A DNA stretch of 64,000 bases from Squalus acanthias (GCA_030390025.1 CM059427.1:39680001-39744000); one strand, 5' to 3'; positions 14,020-28,915 are shown, numbered from the stretch's first letter. Program-made: numbers and translations. Notes: generated by a model not told the origin, from the letters alone.

Positions 14020-17000
14020 AGGGTGAACAGCCAGGGGTCATGGTCCAGATCAGTATCAACGACATAGGTGGGAAGAGGTCCTGCAGGCAGATTTTAGGGA
14101 GCTAGGAAAGAGATTAAAAAGCAGGACCTCAAAAAGGTAGTAATCTCCAGATTACTCCCGGTGCCACGTGCTAGTGAGTATAGAAATAGGAGGATAGAGC
14201 AGATGAATGCATGGCTGGAAAGATGGTACAGGAGGAAGGGCTTCAGATTCCTGAGACATGGGACCAGTTCTGGGGAAGGTGGGACCTGTACAGGCCAGAC
14301 GGGTTGCACCTCAACAGAGCCAGGACCATTGTCCTCGCTGGGGGGGGTTTGCTAGTGCTGTTGGAGAGGGTTTAAACTAATTTGGCAGGGGGATGGGCAC
14401 CAGCATGTAGCATTAGAAAGGAGAAACAAGGTGCACAAAGAATTGAGAGACACATAGCACTAGAGTAAGAAATAGTATGGTATGAGGTGGATCAGACTAA
14501 GAATACAAGGAGGTCTAAGATAGGTTTACAGTGTATGTGTGTGAATGCATGAAGTGTGGTAAATAAGGTTGGTGAGCTGCAGGCGCAAATAGCCACATGG
14601 GAATCTGATGTAGTGGCGATAATGGAGACCTGGCTCAAAAAATGGTTGGATTGGGTACTANNNNNNNNNNNNNNNNNNNNNNNNNNNNNNNNNNNNNNNN
14701 NNNNNNNNNNNNNNNNNNNNNNNNNNNNNNNNNNNNNNNNNNNNNNNNNNNNNNNNNNNNNNNNNNNNNNNNNNNNNNNNNNNNNNNNNNNNNNCAGAAT
14801 CAATTTGGTTAGAGTTGAGAAATAATAGGAGGTGCCATTACACTACTCGGTGTATTCTATAGGCCGCCAACTAGTGGGAAGTATATAGAGGAGCAAATTT
14901 GCAGGGAAATTACAGAGAGGTGCAAGAACTATATAGTGATAATGGGGGACTTTAATTATCCTAATATAGACTGGGATAGTGATAGTGTAAAGGGCAGAGG
15001 GGGGAAGAATTTTTGAAGTGTGTTCAGGAGAACTTTCTTGATCAGTATTTTGCCAGCCCAACAAGGAGGCATTGCTGGATCTGGTTCTGGGGAATGAGGT
15101 GGATCAAGTAGAGCAAGTGTCAGGAGGGGAACATTTAGGGAACAGTAATCACAGTATAAGGTTTAGACTAGCTATGGAAAAGGACAGGGCGCAATCTAGA
15201 GTAAAAATACTTAATTGAATGAAGGCCAATTTCAGTGGGATGAGAACGGATCTGGCCCGGGTAAATTGGAATCAAAGATTGGCAGGCAAAACTGTAATAG
15301 AACAATGGGCTGACTTTAAAGAGGAGATTGTTTGGGTACAGTCGAGGTACATTCCCACGAGGGGGAAAGGAAGGGCAACCAAAGCCAGAGCTCCCTGGAT
15401 CCCAAAGAAAGAAAAAGCAGAAAAAGGGCATGTATGACAGATGTCAGGTTGAGAATACAAAATGAGAATCAGACTGAAGAAAGAAAGTTCAGAGGGGAAG
15501 TGAAAAAGGAAATAAGAGGGGCAAAGAGAGAGTATGAGAATAGACAGGCAGCTAACATAAAAGGGAATCCAAAAGTCTTCTATAGGCATATAAATAGTAA
15601 ACAGGTAGTAAGATGAGGGGTGGCCCAATTAGGGACCAAAATGGAGACTGATGCATGGAGGCAGAGGGCATGGCTGAGGTACTAAAAAGAGTACTTTGGC
15701 AGCATCTTCTTCCTTGGTAAAGACAGATGCAAAGTCATGGTTAAAGGGGAGTTTGTGGAGATACTGGATGGGATAAAAATTGATAGAGAAGAGGTACTAG
15801 AAAGGCTAGCTGTACTTAAAGTAGATATGTCACCAGGACCGGATGGGATACATCAGAGAATGCCGAGGGAAGTAAAGGTGGACTGGAGAATTGCAAATGT
15901 TACACCCTTGTTCAAAAAAGGTGCAAGGATAAACCCAGCAACTACAGGCCAGTCAGTTTAACCTTGGTGGTGGGAAGCTTTTAGAAACGATAATCCGGGA
16001 CAAAATTAAGAGTCACTTGGACAATTGTGGATTAATTAAGGAAAGCCATCACGGATTTGTTAAAGGCAACTCATGTTTAACTAACTTGATTGAGTTTTTT
16101 GACGAGGTAACAGAGAGGGCAATGCGGTTGATGTGATGTACATGGACTTCCAAAAGGCGTTTGATAAAGTGCCACATAATAGGTTTGCCAGCAAAGTTGA
16201 AGCCTGTGGAATAAAAAGGGACAGTGACAGCATGGATATGAAATTGGCTAAGTAACAAGAAACAGAGTAGTGGTGAATGGTTGTTTAATCGGACTGGAGG
16301 AAGATATACAGTGGTGTTCCCCAGGGGTCAAAACTAGGACTGCTGCTTTTCTTGATATATATTAATGACTTAGACTTGGGTATACAGGGCACAATTTCAA
16401 AATTTGCAGATGACAAAACCTGCAAGTATAGTGAACAGTGAAGAGGATAGTGATAGACTTCAAGACAGACAGACAGGCTGGTGGAATGGGCGGACACGTA
16501 GCAATTTAACGCAGAAAAGTGCAAAGTGATGCATTTTGGTAGGAAGAACAAGGAGAGGCAATATAAACAAAAGGGTACAATTCTAAAGGGACGCATGAAC
16601 AGAGACCCGGGGGCATATGTGCACAAATCGTTGACGGTGGCAGGGAAAGCTGAGAAAGCGGTTAAAAAAGCATACGGGATCCTGGGCTTCATAAATAGAG
16701 GCATAGAGTACAAAAGCAAGGAAATGATGAACAACCTTTATAAAACACTGGTTTGCCCTCAACTGGAGTATTGTGTCCAATTCTGGGCACCACACTTTAG
16801 GAAGGATGTGAAGGCCTTAGAGGGGGTGCAGAAAAGATTTACAAGAATGATTCCAAGGATGAGAGCCTTCAGTTATGTGGATAGACTAGAAAAGCTGGGG
16901 TTGTTGTCCTTAGAGCAGAGAAGTTTGAGAGGCGATTTGATAGAGATGTTCAAAATCATGAGGGGTCGAGACAGTGTAGCTAGAGGGAACTGTTCCCATT

Positions 17001-17320
17001 GGTGGAAGGGTCAAGAACCAGAGGACACAGACTTAAGGTCATTGGCAAAAGAACCAAAGGTGACCTGAGGAAAAGCTTTTTTTTTTTATATACAGTGAGT
17101 GGTTAGGATCTGGAATGCACTGCCTGAAAGGGTGGTGGAGGCAGATTCAATCGTGACTGTCAGAAGGAAATTGGGCAAGTACCTTAAGGGAATAAATTTG
17201 CAGGGCTCTGGGGAAAGGGTGGGAGAGTGGGACTATCTGAAGTGCTCTTGCAGAGAGTTGGTACGGGCTCGACGGGCCAAATGGACTCCTTCTGTGCTGT
17301 AACCATTCTATGATTCTATT
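14020..17320 (+). mobile_element. Degraded CR1 LINE (ORF1 3' part and ORF2), spanning the assembly gap
   Basis: PRASEYRNRRIEQMNAWLERW, NKVGELQAQI, SPGPDGIH and LEYCVQFWAPHFRKD motifs. Tail ccattctatgattctat at about 17303-17319. Confidence 0.88.
14661..14794. other. Assembly gap (134 N)
   Basis: Run of N. Confidence 1.
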
Positions 17321-18714
17321 ACCTGCCTATATCCCCTGCTTCACCACCTCCAGACTCCAATGATTTCCTTGCTGGATTCCCTTTGTCCACACGACATAAC
17401 ACACCCATATGTCCCAGACTGAGCTCTGCCCTCATTGACAGCCTTCAGCTGCCTGGGTCCAACTCCCTGAAATTGTCTCCCTAAACTTTTCTGCCTCTCA
17501 TCCTTTGATAATCTTCTCGAACACATTTTCAAGCCTTTGGTCACTCCTCCTATCTTTCCTTTCCTGGAACATTTATTTTCCTTATGCCCATCTGTGAAGG
17601 GGTGGTCTCTGCTTCAAAAAGTACTGTATAAATGCAAGTTTTTGTTGCAATCATAAAAAAATGCTATTCTGATTTGTTGAATTTAAAAAAGGGATTTTTT
17701 GGCAAAGGGATTTTTGTCTTTTATTCTAGCTTTCACAAGCTGGAGTGCAAGTGGATAACCAATAGAGGGCACTGTAAGAAAGCAAGGATAAATAGATTTA
17801 TTAAAACAGAACGGACAACGAAGGGGAAATTTAATATCCACTATTTAAAACAATTGCAGCAACCACCCTTTTAACAAGATAGATTTAAAAACAAGAAACA
17901 AAGTACAGCAATTTTGAGAGTTTAGTTCTGATCCTGTAGACTTCAGTCACTTGACAAATATTTTAACCAAAGCCATTTTGTTTTGAGACTAATTTGTTTT
18001 CTGTTCAGTAGGTAGACCTACTTCTCAATCTCTCAAACTGCTCTTTAGCAAATCATTAGGAGCAATGTGACAAAAGCTTGGCAACAACTGCATTCACTTT
18101 CCCACACCTTTGTGGGAAAAGTACCTCCACCCACCATTACAAAATTGATGCTTCAATTGCTACAAGAACACTTGCACAAAGAGTCACTTGTTTAAAAAGG
18201 TAACTAGACACTATAAGAGAGAAATTCACAAGAGCTAGGATAAACAAAAAAAAACATAATTGATAAACTAATGGGATTAAAGCCAAAAAATGTCATTACT
18301 CCAAGAAGGGCATTAAGAGAAATAGGCTGTGTTTTAGTTATAAATATACCAAAACTGGCTGGGTTTGGGAAACCCTTCTTAATCCCTTGACAATCAGGAA
18401 GGAGTGTACTACTTCCTTATTCAATTATGCAGGACCTGAACTTACTCATTTTTTTTTTCCCCCAGTGAGGATTGAATTTTCATATCATTGTTGAAGAGTG
18501 AGATGCAGCTAACAATTTCTAAATCCTTCTATCTCCATTTTGTTAGTGCTGTGGATATTTTTTCACGTTAATCTAGTCAGGCCTAATTTCAGAGCAAGCT
18601 CTCTTCCTTGAAAAGTATTAACTACAGTATTTCTTTTTTTTCTGTAATTATGATGGATAGTCATTTCTTTGGGTAGATTATTTGCAACTTCATATTATAT
18701 AAAAAGAGTTTTGT

Positions 18715-19060
18715 TTTATTCATTCACAGGATGTGGGCATTGCTGGCAAGGCTGCATTTATTGCCCATCCCTAATTACCCTAGAGAAGGTGATCAGCCGC
18801 CTTCTTGAACCACTGCAGTCCCTGTGGTGAAGGTAGTCCCACAGTGCTGACTGTCTTAGCGGTTTGGTGCAACTGAATGGCTTGCTAGGCCATTTCAGAG
18901 GGCAGTTAAGAGTCAACCACATTGCTGTGGGTCTGGAGTCAGATATAGGCCAGACCAGGTAAGGACGGCAGATTTCCTTCCCTAAAGGATATTAGTAAAC
19001 CAGATGGGTTTTTCCGACAATCCGGTAGTTTCATGGTTGCCATTACTGATACTAGCTATT
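18715..19060 (-). mobile_element. SINE-like element sharing the family-B LINE 3' tail
   Basis: 18721-18845 matches the family-B 3' end (11270-11395). The remainder is non-LINE body sequence, also seen in diverged form at about 23530-23690. Confidence 0.55.
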
Positions 19061-22000
19061 TTTTTTAATTCCAAATTTAAAGGACTGTCAGAATGCAAGC
19101 ATCTTAAGAACAAGGAGTAGGCCATTTAGCCCCTCGAGCCTGCACCGAATGAAGACAATTTAATTTTGGTTTACAGAGATCGTTATGTACTATTTAATAT
19201 TGGATTAACATGGTCGATGCTGGAGCCCACCCAACATAACCTGCACCAAAGGTTTATTATATAATGGCCATGTTTTGGGACACTTGTTACCTGCTATGGT
19301 CAATCATTCCAATATTAGTAAAATATGCACTATTTCCTCTCCTTCTGAACATGGCAGTTGACATTAAGACCAACAATATTGCAACTAATAGGTGGACTGT
19401 CAGCTTCAGAACAGAAGTAACAGTGAAGAGTGGGATTTGAGAAGCTGCTGTCTTATCCAAATTACCACTAGAAATTAAAGCCTCAAGCTCTACATTGTCC
19501 AATCTACAATAGATTATTTTGTGTATTTTTTTGTATTTGAAGCTAAGGGATTCTCATGCTTACCCAAAGGAGAGGATTCTGGAGAATGGTATACCCCCTC
19601 GCGCGCCCCCCCCCCCCCGCCATCTCCTTTTGTCATGTTGGAGTCAGTACAGCCCTTCATTCACAGTGCAAGAGTGCTTTTCTGAAGTTAGGGTTAACTG
19701 TACCAGTCAAACATTCCATTTAACATCCTGTGGTCTCAGACAATTTAGAGCCAAATTAGAAACAGTCTAGTGCTATTAATTTGGAATTACTAATGTACTA
19801 GGATAAGACCATGCAAACCGATTTTATTACAGATCCTTAGAACTATCATGGAATGGAAACTTTCATACCATTCGCCGAGACTAAATTTGATTCAAGACTC
19901 CAGATGTGAAAGGAAAATGTTCCAAAAGAAATATATTTAGCGGACCTTTTTTTTTTGCAGCCGGCTCCGTGTTTTTTGCCTCACCCAGTGAGTTTATTAG
20001 CGTTTTCCTGCACTGAGCATGTGGTGTATTGGAATTCATACTCCATGCCCTGGCTTCCTCCTTCCACTGTCCATACACAGAACTCCTTCGGGTCTGCACT
20101 ACCTGGTGCTAAATAGGGGCTCCTCCTCTGCCCGATTTCCCTTCCAGCTGCACCTCCACAGCTAGAGATCCTAGGGATTCTCTGCCCTCCTACTCAAATG
20201 TCAAGATTTCAGTTGGGGGGAAGCAGCTAGGGCTGTGTGCACCAAGGATGCCTGTCCCTTTAAGTTGCTAGTTTTTAAATCCTGTTGCTGCACAATATTT
20301 CCCACACCCCAAGAGGCAAGCTCCAAATCAGAGGCATTTATAATACTTACAGATCAAATTATTATAATTAAGACCAACCCTAGAAATTACAGCAGAGCCA
20401 GTACTTATGAAATCATGCAGATAGAAGTATGGCAGAGTGCAAATTGTAAGGATAACAGCAATAAAACATATTGAAAAGGGCAACATAAATCTAATGCAGG
20501 CAAAATAAGTCTAATGCCGATTGCACTACTCAGGTAGATTATATGGTTGCAATTCCTCCAGAGCAGCTGCATCACACGATAAAGTATGGTCAGTGCACTA
20601 AATATTTTTGTGGTATCCCTTATTTGTGGCACATGACACACAAAGCAAGTGTTGAGAAACTGGAATATCAAACACACTAGATAGTGAAAAGGTGCTGGTT
20701 GCTCTTGAACTACGACAGATACCATGGTTCAATAGGAAAGGTTATACTCAAAACAGAATGTACTGAAGTGCAGAGTTATGTATTTTGGATTTTTAAAAAA
20801 AGCCTGCTACTTGTTGAAATGAACTAGGCTACAAATTTGATACTTAAAATTTCAAATCAGGAAACTATTAAGCCCATCAATATAGTATATTAAAAAATGT
20901 TTCCATCCTGTAACTAGTCAGCATTCCTTTTGGGGATTTCCACGCAAGTTGCGTCTAATGGTAAGTTAAGCCTCGGATGCCTCCAGGTGGCATTCTAATG
21001 GGGCGGAAACCCATTTAGTACATTCAACCCAGTCACAATTTTCAGTCATTAAGCTTTGGCTCTGCAATTCCCTATTACGTAGAATTACAAAGAATATACA
21101 GCACAGAAACATAACCAGTCTGTGCTGGTATTTATACTTCACACGCATCTATTATGATACCGTTTTGAGTTCTGGATCCTGGGTGACCCTGCACCAATCT
21201 GGGTTCTCAAACTCATCACACATTACTGAAGACAAGTAGGTTTTTTGAAATAATTGAAACTGAACCTAGAAATGATAGCAGAGCCAGTACTCATGAAATC
21301 ATGCAGATACAATCTGCCTAGCTTGAACTTCAGTCCCCTTGGACAAAGTAAATTTCAGTCTCCCCACCACTTGGGACCAGGATCCACCTGGAAATAGATT
21401 AACACCGCCTTTAATAAAAGGGCTAAGAAAGAAAGTTAAAAATTATAAGTCTTCAGAGAGAGCAAAAGACCGAGCGCACAAAAATTGGTTCATCTTGTTT
21501 GTGGGACTGGATACCTGGGATTGGCTGCTGTCAGTTTCTTATTCATTTTCTAGCTATTATGCTTCCTTTTGATTCAATCTATGTTCCCTACCTTGTTCCA
21601 ATTTGCTGTCTTCCCAATTTTGCTCAAAGTAAGGAAGAGTTGTTTAAGTGCACACTATACAAGCTAGAACAAAAGCAAACATGATAAAAAGCAAAAAACA
21701 CAAGCCTGAAATTAGAAACATCAAACCACCAGTACAGAAGTTATGAGAATGACAAAACAAACCCACTTCCAAGCAAAAGTGGATATTTTTTTCCCTAGTG
21801 GTAGGAAAGAAACTTAACAGTAGTGCACAATTCTCCTCCACACACCATACCAGCCACCCCGGATGCATAATGAACAGCCTTGAGCTTCCCTACCTTCCAG
21901 GCAGCCCAAGATGAGCCAGCTGTACCGCACTGATCAAGTGTGGTGGCAAATCCCCTTGAATGTTCCAAAAGATACCCAATACAGGCAGACAGCCAAGTTA

Positions 22001-22319
22001 TGCAAAAACTGCTGAGTGCTTTTAGAATCAAGTACAACTGGAAAATCCACCTTTTAGCTGCCAGCCCACCCACCCCTCTCTGCCAAATATTTCAGGTTAT
22101 GAAACTTTTTATCTCCGTAACTCTATACAGCTAGTGAACACATTTGTCTATATAGTAATATGAAGGTTTCCCTTTCTGTACTTCAGACAAAAGATGTGGG
22201 GACTAAAAATCCAGACACAGGATGTGCCCACCTATAGCCTCCAGTGCTGACCCCACCAAAGTATGTGCAGGTCAAGGTGGGGGGGGGGGGGGGGGTGAAG
22301 GGGTCATCCAATTTTAATA

Positions 22320-23530
22320 TTCCAGACTGGCACACCTATGCCAGAATTCTGGCCTCCTTCTGCAGGAGAGAGTTCCACACTTCTACCACCCTTTGTGTGA
22401 TGATGTGTTTCCTAACTTCTCTCCTGAATGGCCTAGCTCTGATTTTAAGGTTACATCCCCTTGTCCTAGACTCCAACAGCGGACAAAGTTTCTCTCTATC
22501 TACATATCTTTCCTTTCAAAATCCTAAAAAACTCAAAATCACCCCTTAGTCTTCTATACTCCAGGGGATAAAAGCCTAGTTTATGTAATCTCTCTTCATA
22601 ATCTAACGCTTGGAGCCCTGGTAACATTCTGGTGAATCTGCACTGCCTCCAAGACACTGTACTCATGTTCAACATTCCCTTTAAGCTGTGCAGCGCTCCA
22701 GGGAAGCTGCGCAGCCGGATTTTCAATGTAAAAACCACACATGCACGGTATTTTTAATAGCCCGTGCAGCCCCTTAAAGGCCCCCAAAAAATTACAAGGA
22801 ACTTTGCTCATGTTGGGAATTTACCATAAGAGGTTTATACAAGTAGAATGTTGTAGGCGCAACACCTGGGGGCAGCATTAAGCAAATTTATTTTTCTCCC
22901 AACCACAATTTATTTACATACAAGTGTAACAGCATTTGTATAAAATTCCAGTGTATATCCCATATTCCCACTATCCAACAGTTGAAGAGTTAAGCCATGT
23001 TCTAAAAGAAAATAATTTGCATTTATGTAGTGCCTTTCAGATACTCATGCCATCCCATAGCATCCCAAAGTTACATGCAGGTACAGCAAGCAATTAGGAA
23101 GACAAATGGTATGTTAGCCTTTATTGCAAGGAAGTCTTGCTGCAATTATATAGGGCTTTGGCGAGACCACACCTGGAGTACCGTGCAGTTATGAAAAGGG
23201 TTTGATGGGGTAAACAGAGAAGATGTTTCCACTTGCAGGTGAGACCAGAACTTGGGGCCATAAATACAAGATGGTCACTAATAAATCCAATAGGGAATTC
23301 AAGAGAAACCTCTACCTAGAGAGTGGTTAGAATGTGGAACTCGCCGCCACAAGGAGTAGTTGAGGCAAATAGCATAGATGCATTTAAGGGGAAGCTAGGT
23401 AAGCACATTGAGAAAGGAATAGAAGGGTATGATGATAGGGTTAGATGAAGGTGGGGGCTCATATGGAGCATAAACACTGGCATGGGCCTGTTGGGCCAAA
23501 TGGCCCATTTCTGTGCTGTAAATACTTCAG
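22320..23530. mobile_element. Short CR1 3' fragments (22320-22650 -, 23060-23530 +)
   Basis: LDYEERLHKLGFYPLEYRRLRGD motif, plus agaccacacctggagtac and a CR1-type 3' end. Confidence 0.7.
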
Positions 23531-23689
23531 AGTGAGTTCAAATCTCACTGTGGCAAGTTGTGAAATTAAATCTGGTCATTTGTGGGCTTGCCACAGAAAA
23601 GAAAAAGATAACGACCATAAAAGCTAGCACACGGTCATAAAAACCCAACTAGCTCGCTAATATATTTAAGGGAAGGAAACCAGTCACCT

Positions 23690-26490
23690 CGACCTCTCTC
23701 TTCAGCAGCACCGACGCACTCTATCTCAAAGCTGTCCGGGTCCACAGTTCCATTTCATCCTTCGACTCATTCGACGCTTGAACAAAAAATGTTTTCTTCC
23801 TTTCAGGTGTCAAGGATCGCAAGCTTCATCAACTCTTGAACACCAACGTCCCTCCGGAACCTTCTTCCCCTTCACTTTCCTCTGACCCCCCTTCTCCCAA
23901 TCTCACCCCCTGCCGCGTTTTCACTATCCCTTCTGACCTTCCCCTTTCTGACCCTGAACAATCAGTCCTCAGCAAAGGCCTGAGCTTCATCCCCTTACGC
24001 CCCCACCTCAATGAATTGCGAGCTCGGCACGATGCGGAGCTCTTTTTCCGCCGCCTTCGCCTCCGTGCCCACTTCTCTGGCCAGGAGTCTACCCCCGTAC
24101 GGCTGACCCTTTCTCCCGCTTTCAGAATTCCCGTTCTACCTGGACCCCTCCCTCTGGCCTCTTACCCTCTCTAGATCTTTTCATTGCCAACTGCCGGCGT
24201 GACATCGGCCGTCTCAATTTCTCTGCTCCCCTCTCACTCCAACCTACCTCCCTCTGAACTTGCAGCACTCCATTCTCTCAGATCCAACCCGGACATTGTC
24301 ATTAAACCTGCTGACAAGGGTGGTGCTGTTGTTGTTTGGCGTACCGACCTCTACTTAGCGGAAGCTGAATGCCAACTCTCCGACACCTCCTCCTACCTCC
24401 ACCTGGACCATGACCCCACTACCGAACATCAAACCACCATTTCCAAGACCGTCACTGACCTCATCTCCTCTGGAGATCTTCCCCCCCACGGCCGCCAACC
24501 TCATAGTTCCCCAACCCCACACAGCCCGCTTCTACCTCCTTCCCAAGATCCACAAACAGGACTGCCCCGGTAGACCCATCGTTTCAGCCTGTTCTTGCCC
24601 CACAGAACTTATCCCTTCCCATCTCGACTCTATTTTTTCTCCCCTTGTCCAGTCTCTGCCCACCTACATCCGCGACTCTTCCGACGCCCTCCGCCATTTT
24701 AACAGTTTCCAGTTTCCCGGCCCCAACCGCCTCCTTTTCACGATGGACATGCAATCCCTCTACACCTCAATTCCCCACCAGGATGGCCTGAGGGCACTCC
24801 GCTTCTTCCTTGAACAGAGGCCCAACCAGTCCCCATCCACCAGCACCCTCCTCCGCCTGGCTGAACTTGTTCTCACATTGAACAACTTCTCCTTTGACTC
24901 CACCCATTTCCTCCAAATTAAAGGTGTTGCTATGGGTACCCGCATGGGTCCTAGCTATGCCTGCCTTTTCGTGGGATATGTGGAACACTCTTTGTTCCAG
25001 TCCTACTCGGGTCCCCTCCCTCACCTCTTTTTCCAGTACATTGATGACTGTATCGGTGCCGTCTCCTGCTCTCGCCCTGAACTAGAACATTTCATTCACT
25101 ATGCTTCCAATTTCCACCCTTCCCTCACATGGTCCACCTCCGACTCTTCCCTTCTTCGACTTCTCCGTCTCCATCTCTGGGGATAGGTTATTGACAAACA
25201 TTCACTACAAGCCCACTGACTCCTACAGCTACCTGGACTACACTTCCTCCCACCCCGCCTCCTGTAAGGACTCTATTCCATTCCCCCAGTTTCTCCATCT
25301 CATCTGCTCTGACGATGCCACCTTCCATACCAGTGCTTCCGACATGTCTTCCTTTTTCCTCAACCGAGGATTCCCCTCGACTGTGGTTGACACGGCCCTC
25401 GACCATGTCCGTTCTATCTCCCGCACTTCTGCCCTCACCCCTGCCCCTCCCTCCCGGAACCACGATAGAGTTCCCCTTGTCCTCACCTTTCACCCCACCA
25501 GCTTCCACATTCAACGGATCATCCGCCGCCATTTCCACCACATCCAGCGTGATCCCACCACCAAACGCATCTTCCCCTCACCTCCCCTTTCAGCATTCCG
25601 CAGGGACCGCTCCCTCCGCGACACCCTAGTCCACTCCTACCACCCCCAGCACCCCTTCCCCCGGCACCTTCCCGTGCAAGCGCAGGAGATGCAACACATG
25701 CCCTTATACCTCCCCTCTTCCCACTGTTCACGGTCCCAAACACCCCTTCCAGGTGAAACAGCGATTTACTTGTACTTCCTGCAATTTAGTATACTGTATT
25801 CGCTGCTCACGATGTGGTCTCCTCTACATTGGGGAGACCAAACGCAGATTGGGTGACCGCTTTGCAGAACACCTCCGTTCAGTCTGTAAGGGGGACCCCG
25901 AGCTCCCGGTCGCCTGTCACTTTAATTCTCCGCTCCACTCCCACTCTGACCTCACCGTCCTCAGCCTATTACACTGATCCACGGTAGCTCAGCGTAAGCT
26001 CGAGGAACAGCACCTCATCTTTCGTTTAGGCACCCTACAGCCCTCTGGACTCAACATCGAGTTCAACAATTTTAGATCATAACCTCGACCCCTATCACAT
26101 TTATATTTTATTTTTTCAATCCACCCTTTTGTTTGGCCCCCCCCTTTTTTTTCCCCTCCCAGAAGCTGGCAGCTGTCCTTCATTCTGCCAGTGCATTTCA
26201 CACTTCATTTAGCCTCAACCTGTCACATTACCACCTCTTGCCTTGATTATCTCTTAATGTCGCTCAATGTCTCTTAAGCTCTCCTTTTGTTCTTTCATCC
26301 CCTCCCCCTTTTCCCAGCTTTATCCTTGCTTTAAATCTATTTCATTTCCTGCTTTTTTCCAGTTCTGACGAAAGGTCCTCGACCTGAAACGTTAACTCTG
26401 TTTCTCTCTCCACGGATGCTGCCTGGCCTGCTGAGTTTTTCCAGCGTTTTCTGTTATTTCGGATTTCCAGCATCCGTAGTATTTTGCTAT
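23690..26490 (+). mobile_element. Penelope-like element (RT plus GIY-YIG endonuclease), frameshifted, with 3' pLTR
   Basis: KPADKGGAVVV, FYLLPKIHK, GRPIVS, FTMDMQSLYTSIPH, GVAMGTRMGPSYA, YIDD and NLVYCIRCSRCGLLYIGETKRRLGDRFAEH across overlapping ORFs 23836-25977. Confidence 0.95.
26361..26397 (+). ncRNA. Minimal type I hammerhead ribozyme in the Penelope pLTR
   Basis: AGTT-CTGACGA-A-AGGTC-CTC-GACCT-GAAA-CG-TT-AACT: conserved core, stem I AGUU/AACU, stem II AGGUC/GACCU, palindromic AACGUU stem III. Confidence 0.85.
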
Positions 26491-27679
26491 CTATATTTAT
26501 GGCTAACTAGTTTCCTCCCAATTCATCCTATTGGTGCTGAAGCAGAGAGTCATCTTTCCATGAATTAACGGATTCTGTCCTCTCCCACTGCAACATCACC
26601 CTCCACTCACCTTGTAACTTACTGTTGAGGACTACTTTAAAATGATTTCATAATGCAAAGATCACTCAACCCCTCTCAGAAATGGCTAAACCAATAAATC
26701 TTCATTTGCTCCATACTATTCAAAAAAGAACAAAGATGAAAGAAAAGAAACAGATCTTCAAAAAAACCTTCATATCTCTTACAAGGTTAAAGCTATTCTT
26801 AGAGACATTTAAAATAATGAAGGAAATTGACAGGGGTGAATAGCAAGAATTGTTCCCCCTTATAGGGAACATAATGTTTGAATTTAAGTTATACCAAATG
26901 TAAGCAAGGTCAAGGAAACAACTTCACAAAATTGCAAGAATATGGAACACAATGCCCAGAAAACCACACAAATAAATTGCTGTTTAAATAAAGGAGATAC
27001 ACTTAACTGGGGAGGCGAGATATAAAAAGGAAATGGTGAAAAGGTAAGCAATTGGGATTAGAAAGATAGAGCTGCTACAGTTAACAAAAATGTAACAGCA
27101 GAGTTGATGAGCCAAATGCCCAACTCCTGTTCCTATATTCCCAAGCCTAACCAATTACTACCTTTTAACTACTTCTTAATCCACACTCCATCCTGTCAAT
27201 ATTCTTGACCTTGCCATCTCCTCTAACCAAATAGACCTCAACTCAATTACTAAAGCTACCTCCAAGTAGCTCACCTTTCTCTTTCATAGCAAACACTTTG
27301 GCTCTCCGCAATTCTATAATAAAACCCAAATTCACCCAACACTTCAATGTTGTTGCCAAATCTGGGGAAAGTCACAGAACCCAACACCCAAGACATAATC
27401 CAAGAAAAAGTTCATCTAATAAACAACTTGTCTCACTTCTGACCTTTAAACTCTTGCAATCTTCTGGTCTTAATTTTTTTTAAAAAGCTCTAAACTGGGT
27501 CGATTGAGTGCACTCGCCTGGCGTGAATGGTCTCGGTAGCCTTATTGCCACGTTAACCACGATGCAACCATATTAAAAGAGGCCAACCACCAGGTGTCCA
27601 AAGCAACCGCCTAACTCAAATGATAGGCCCTTTTTAAACATGGAAATCAGAGTCCTATTATCTAAGTAGAAACCAAACA

Positions 27680-28915
27680 ATTTATAGTGCCTTTAGCATA
27701 GTAAAATGTCCCAAGGCTCTTCACAGGAGTATTATAAAACAATACTTGGCACCAAGCCACATAAGGAGAAATTAGGGCAGATGAACAAAAGCATGGTCAA
27801 GAGGTAGATTTTAAGGAGTGTCTTAAAAAGGAGGAGGGGTAGAGAGGGAATTCCAGAGCTTAGGGCCTTGGCAACTGAAGACATGGCCACCAATGGTTGA
27901 GCGATTAAAATCAGGGATGCTCATGAGGCCAGAATTAGAGGAGCACAGATATCTCGGGGGTGGTGGGGGAAAGGGGGGCCATGTGGGGCTGGAGGAGATT
28001 AGAGAGACAGGAAGGGGCAAAGCCATGGAGGGATTTGAAAACAAGGATGAGAATTTTAAAAATCGAGGCGATGTTTAACCAGGAGCCACTGTAGCTCAGC
28101 AAGCACAGGGGTGATGAGTGAACAGGAGTTAGGACATGGGCAGCAGAGTTTTGGATGGCCTCAAGTTTACGGAGGGTAGAACGTGGAAGGCCAGCCAGGA
28201 GTGCATTGGAATGGCAAGTCTGGAGGTAACAAAGGCATGGATGAGGGTTTCAGTAACAGATGAGCTGAGGCAGGGTAGAGTCAGGCGATGTTGTGGAGGT
28301 GGAAATAGGCGGTCTTAGTGATGGCATGGATGTCTGATTGGAAGCTCATTTCATGGTCAAATATGACACCAAGTTTGCAAACAGTCTGGTTCAGCCTCAA
28401 ACAGATGCTAGGGAGAGGGATGAGTTGATGGCTAGGGAACAGAGTTTGTGGTGGGGACCGAAGACAATGGCTTCAATCTTCCCAATATTTAGTTGGAGAA
28501 AAATTCTGCTCATCCAATACTGGATGTCGGACAAGCAGTCTGACAATTTAGAGACAGTGGAGAGGTCGAGAGAAGTGGTGGTGAGGTAGAGCTCGGTGTG
28601 GTCAGCGTAGATGTGGAAACTAATTGTGTTTTCGGAGGATGTCGCCAAGGGGCAGCATGTAGCTGAGAATAGTAGGGGACCAAGGATAGATCCTCGGGGG
28701 ACACCAGAGGTAACTATAAGGGAGCAGGAAGAGCAACATTGCAGGCGATTCTCTGGCTATAAGATAGATAAGAATGGAACCAAGTGAGTGCAGTCCCACC
28801 CAGCTGGATGACAGTGGAGAAGCGTTGGAGGAGGGTGGAGTGGTCAACCATGTCAAAGACTGCACACAGGTAGAGAAGGACAAGGAGGGATAGTTTCTCT
28901 TTGTCACAGTCACAC
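27680..28915 (-). mobile_element. L2-clade LINE fragment
   Basis: FHIYADHTELYL and LQLNIGKIEAIVFG motifs. L2-type 3' end (taaaggcactataa) near 27680. Confidence 0.8.

Noticed and set aside
13971-14020. G-run / GA-rich tract as a functional G-quadruplex
   Set aside because: Simple low-complexity junction between two head-to-head CR1 fragments. Similar G/C runs are scattered through the window.
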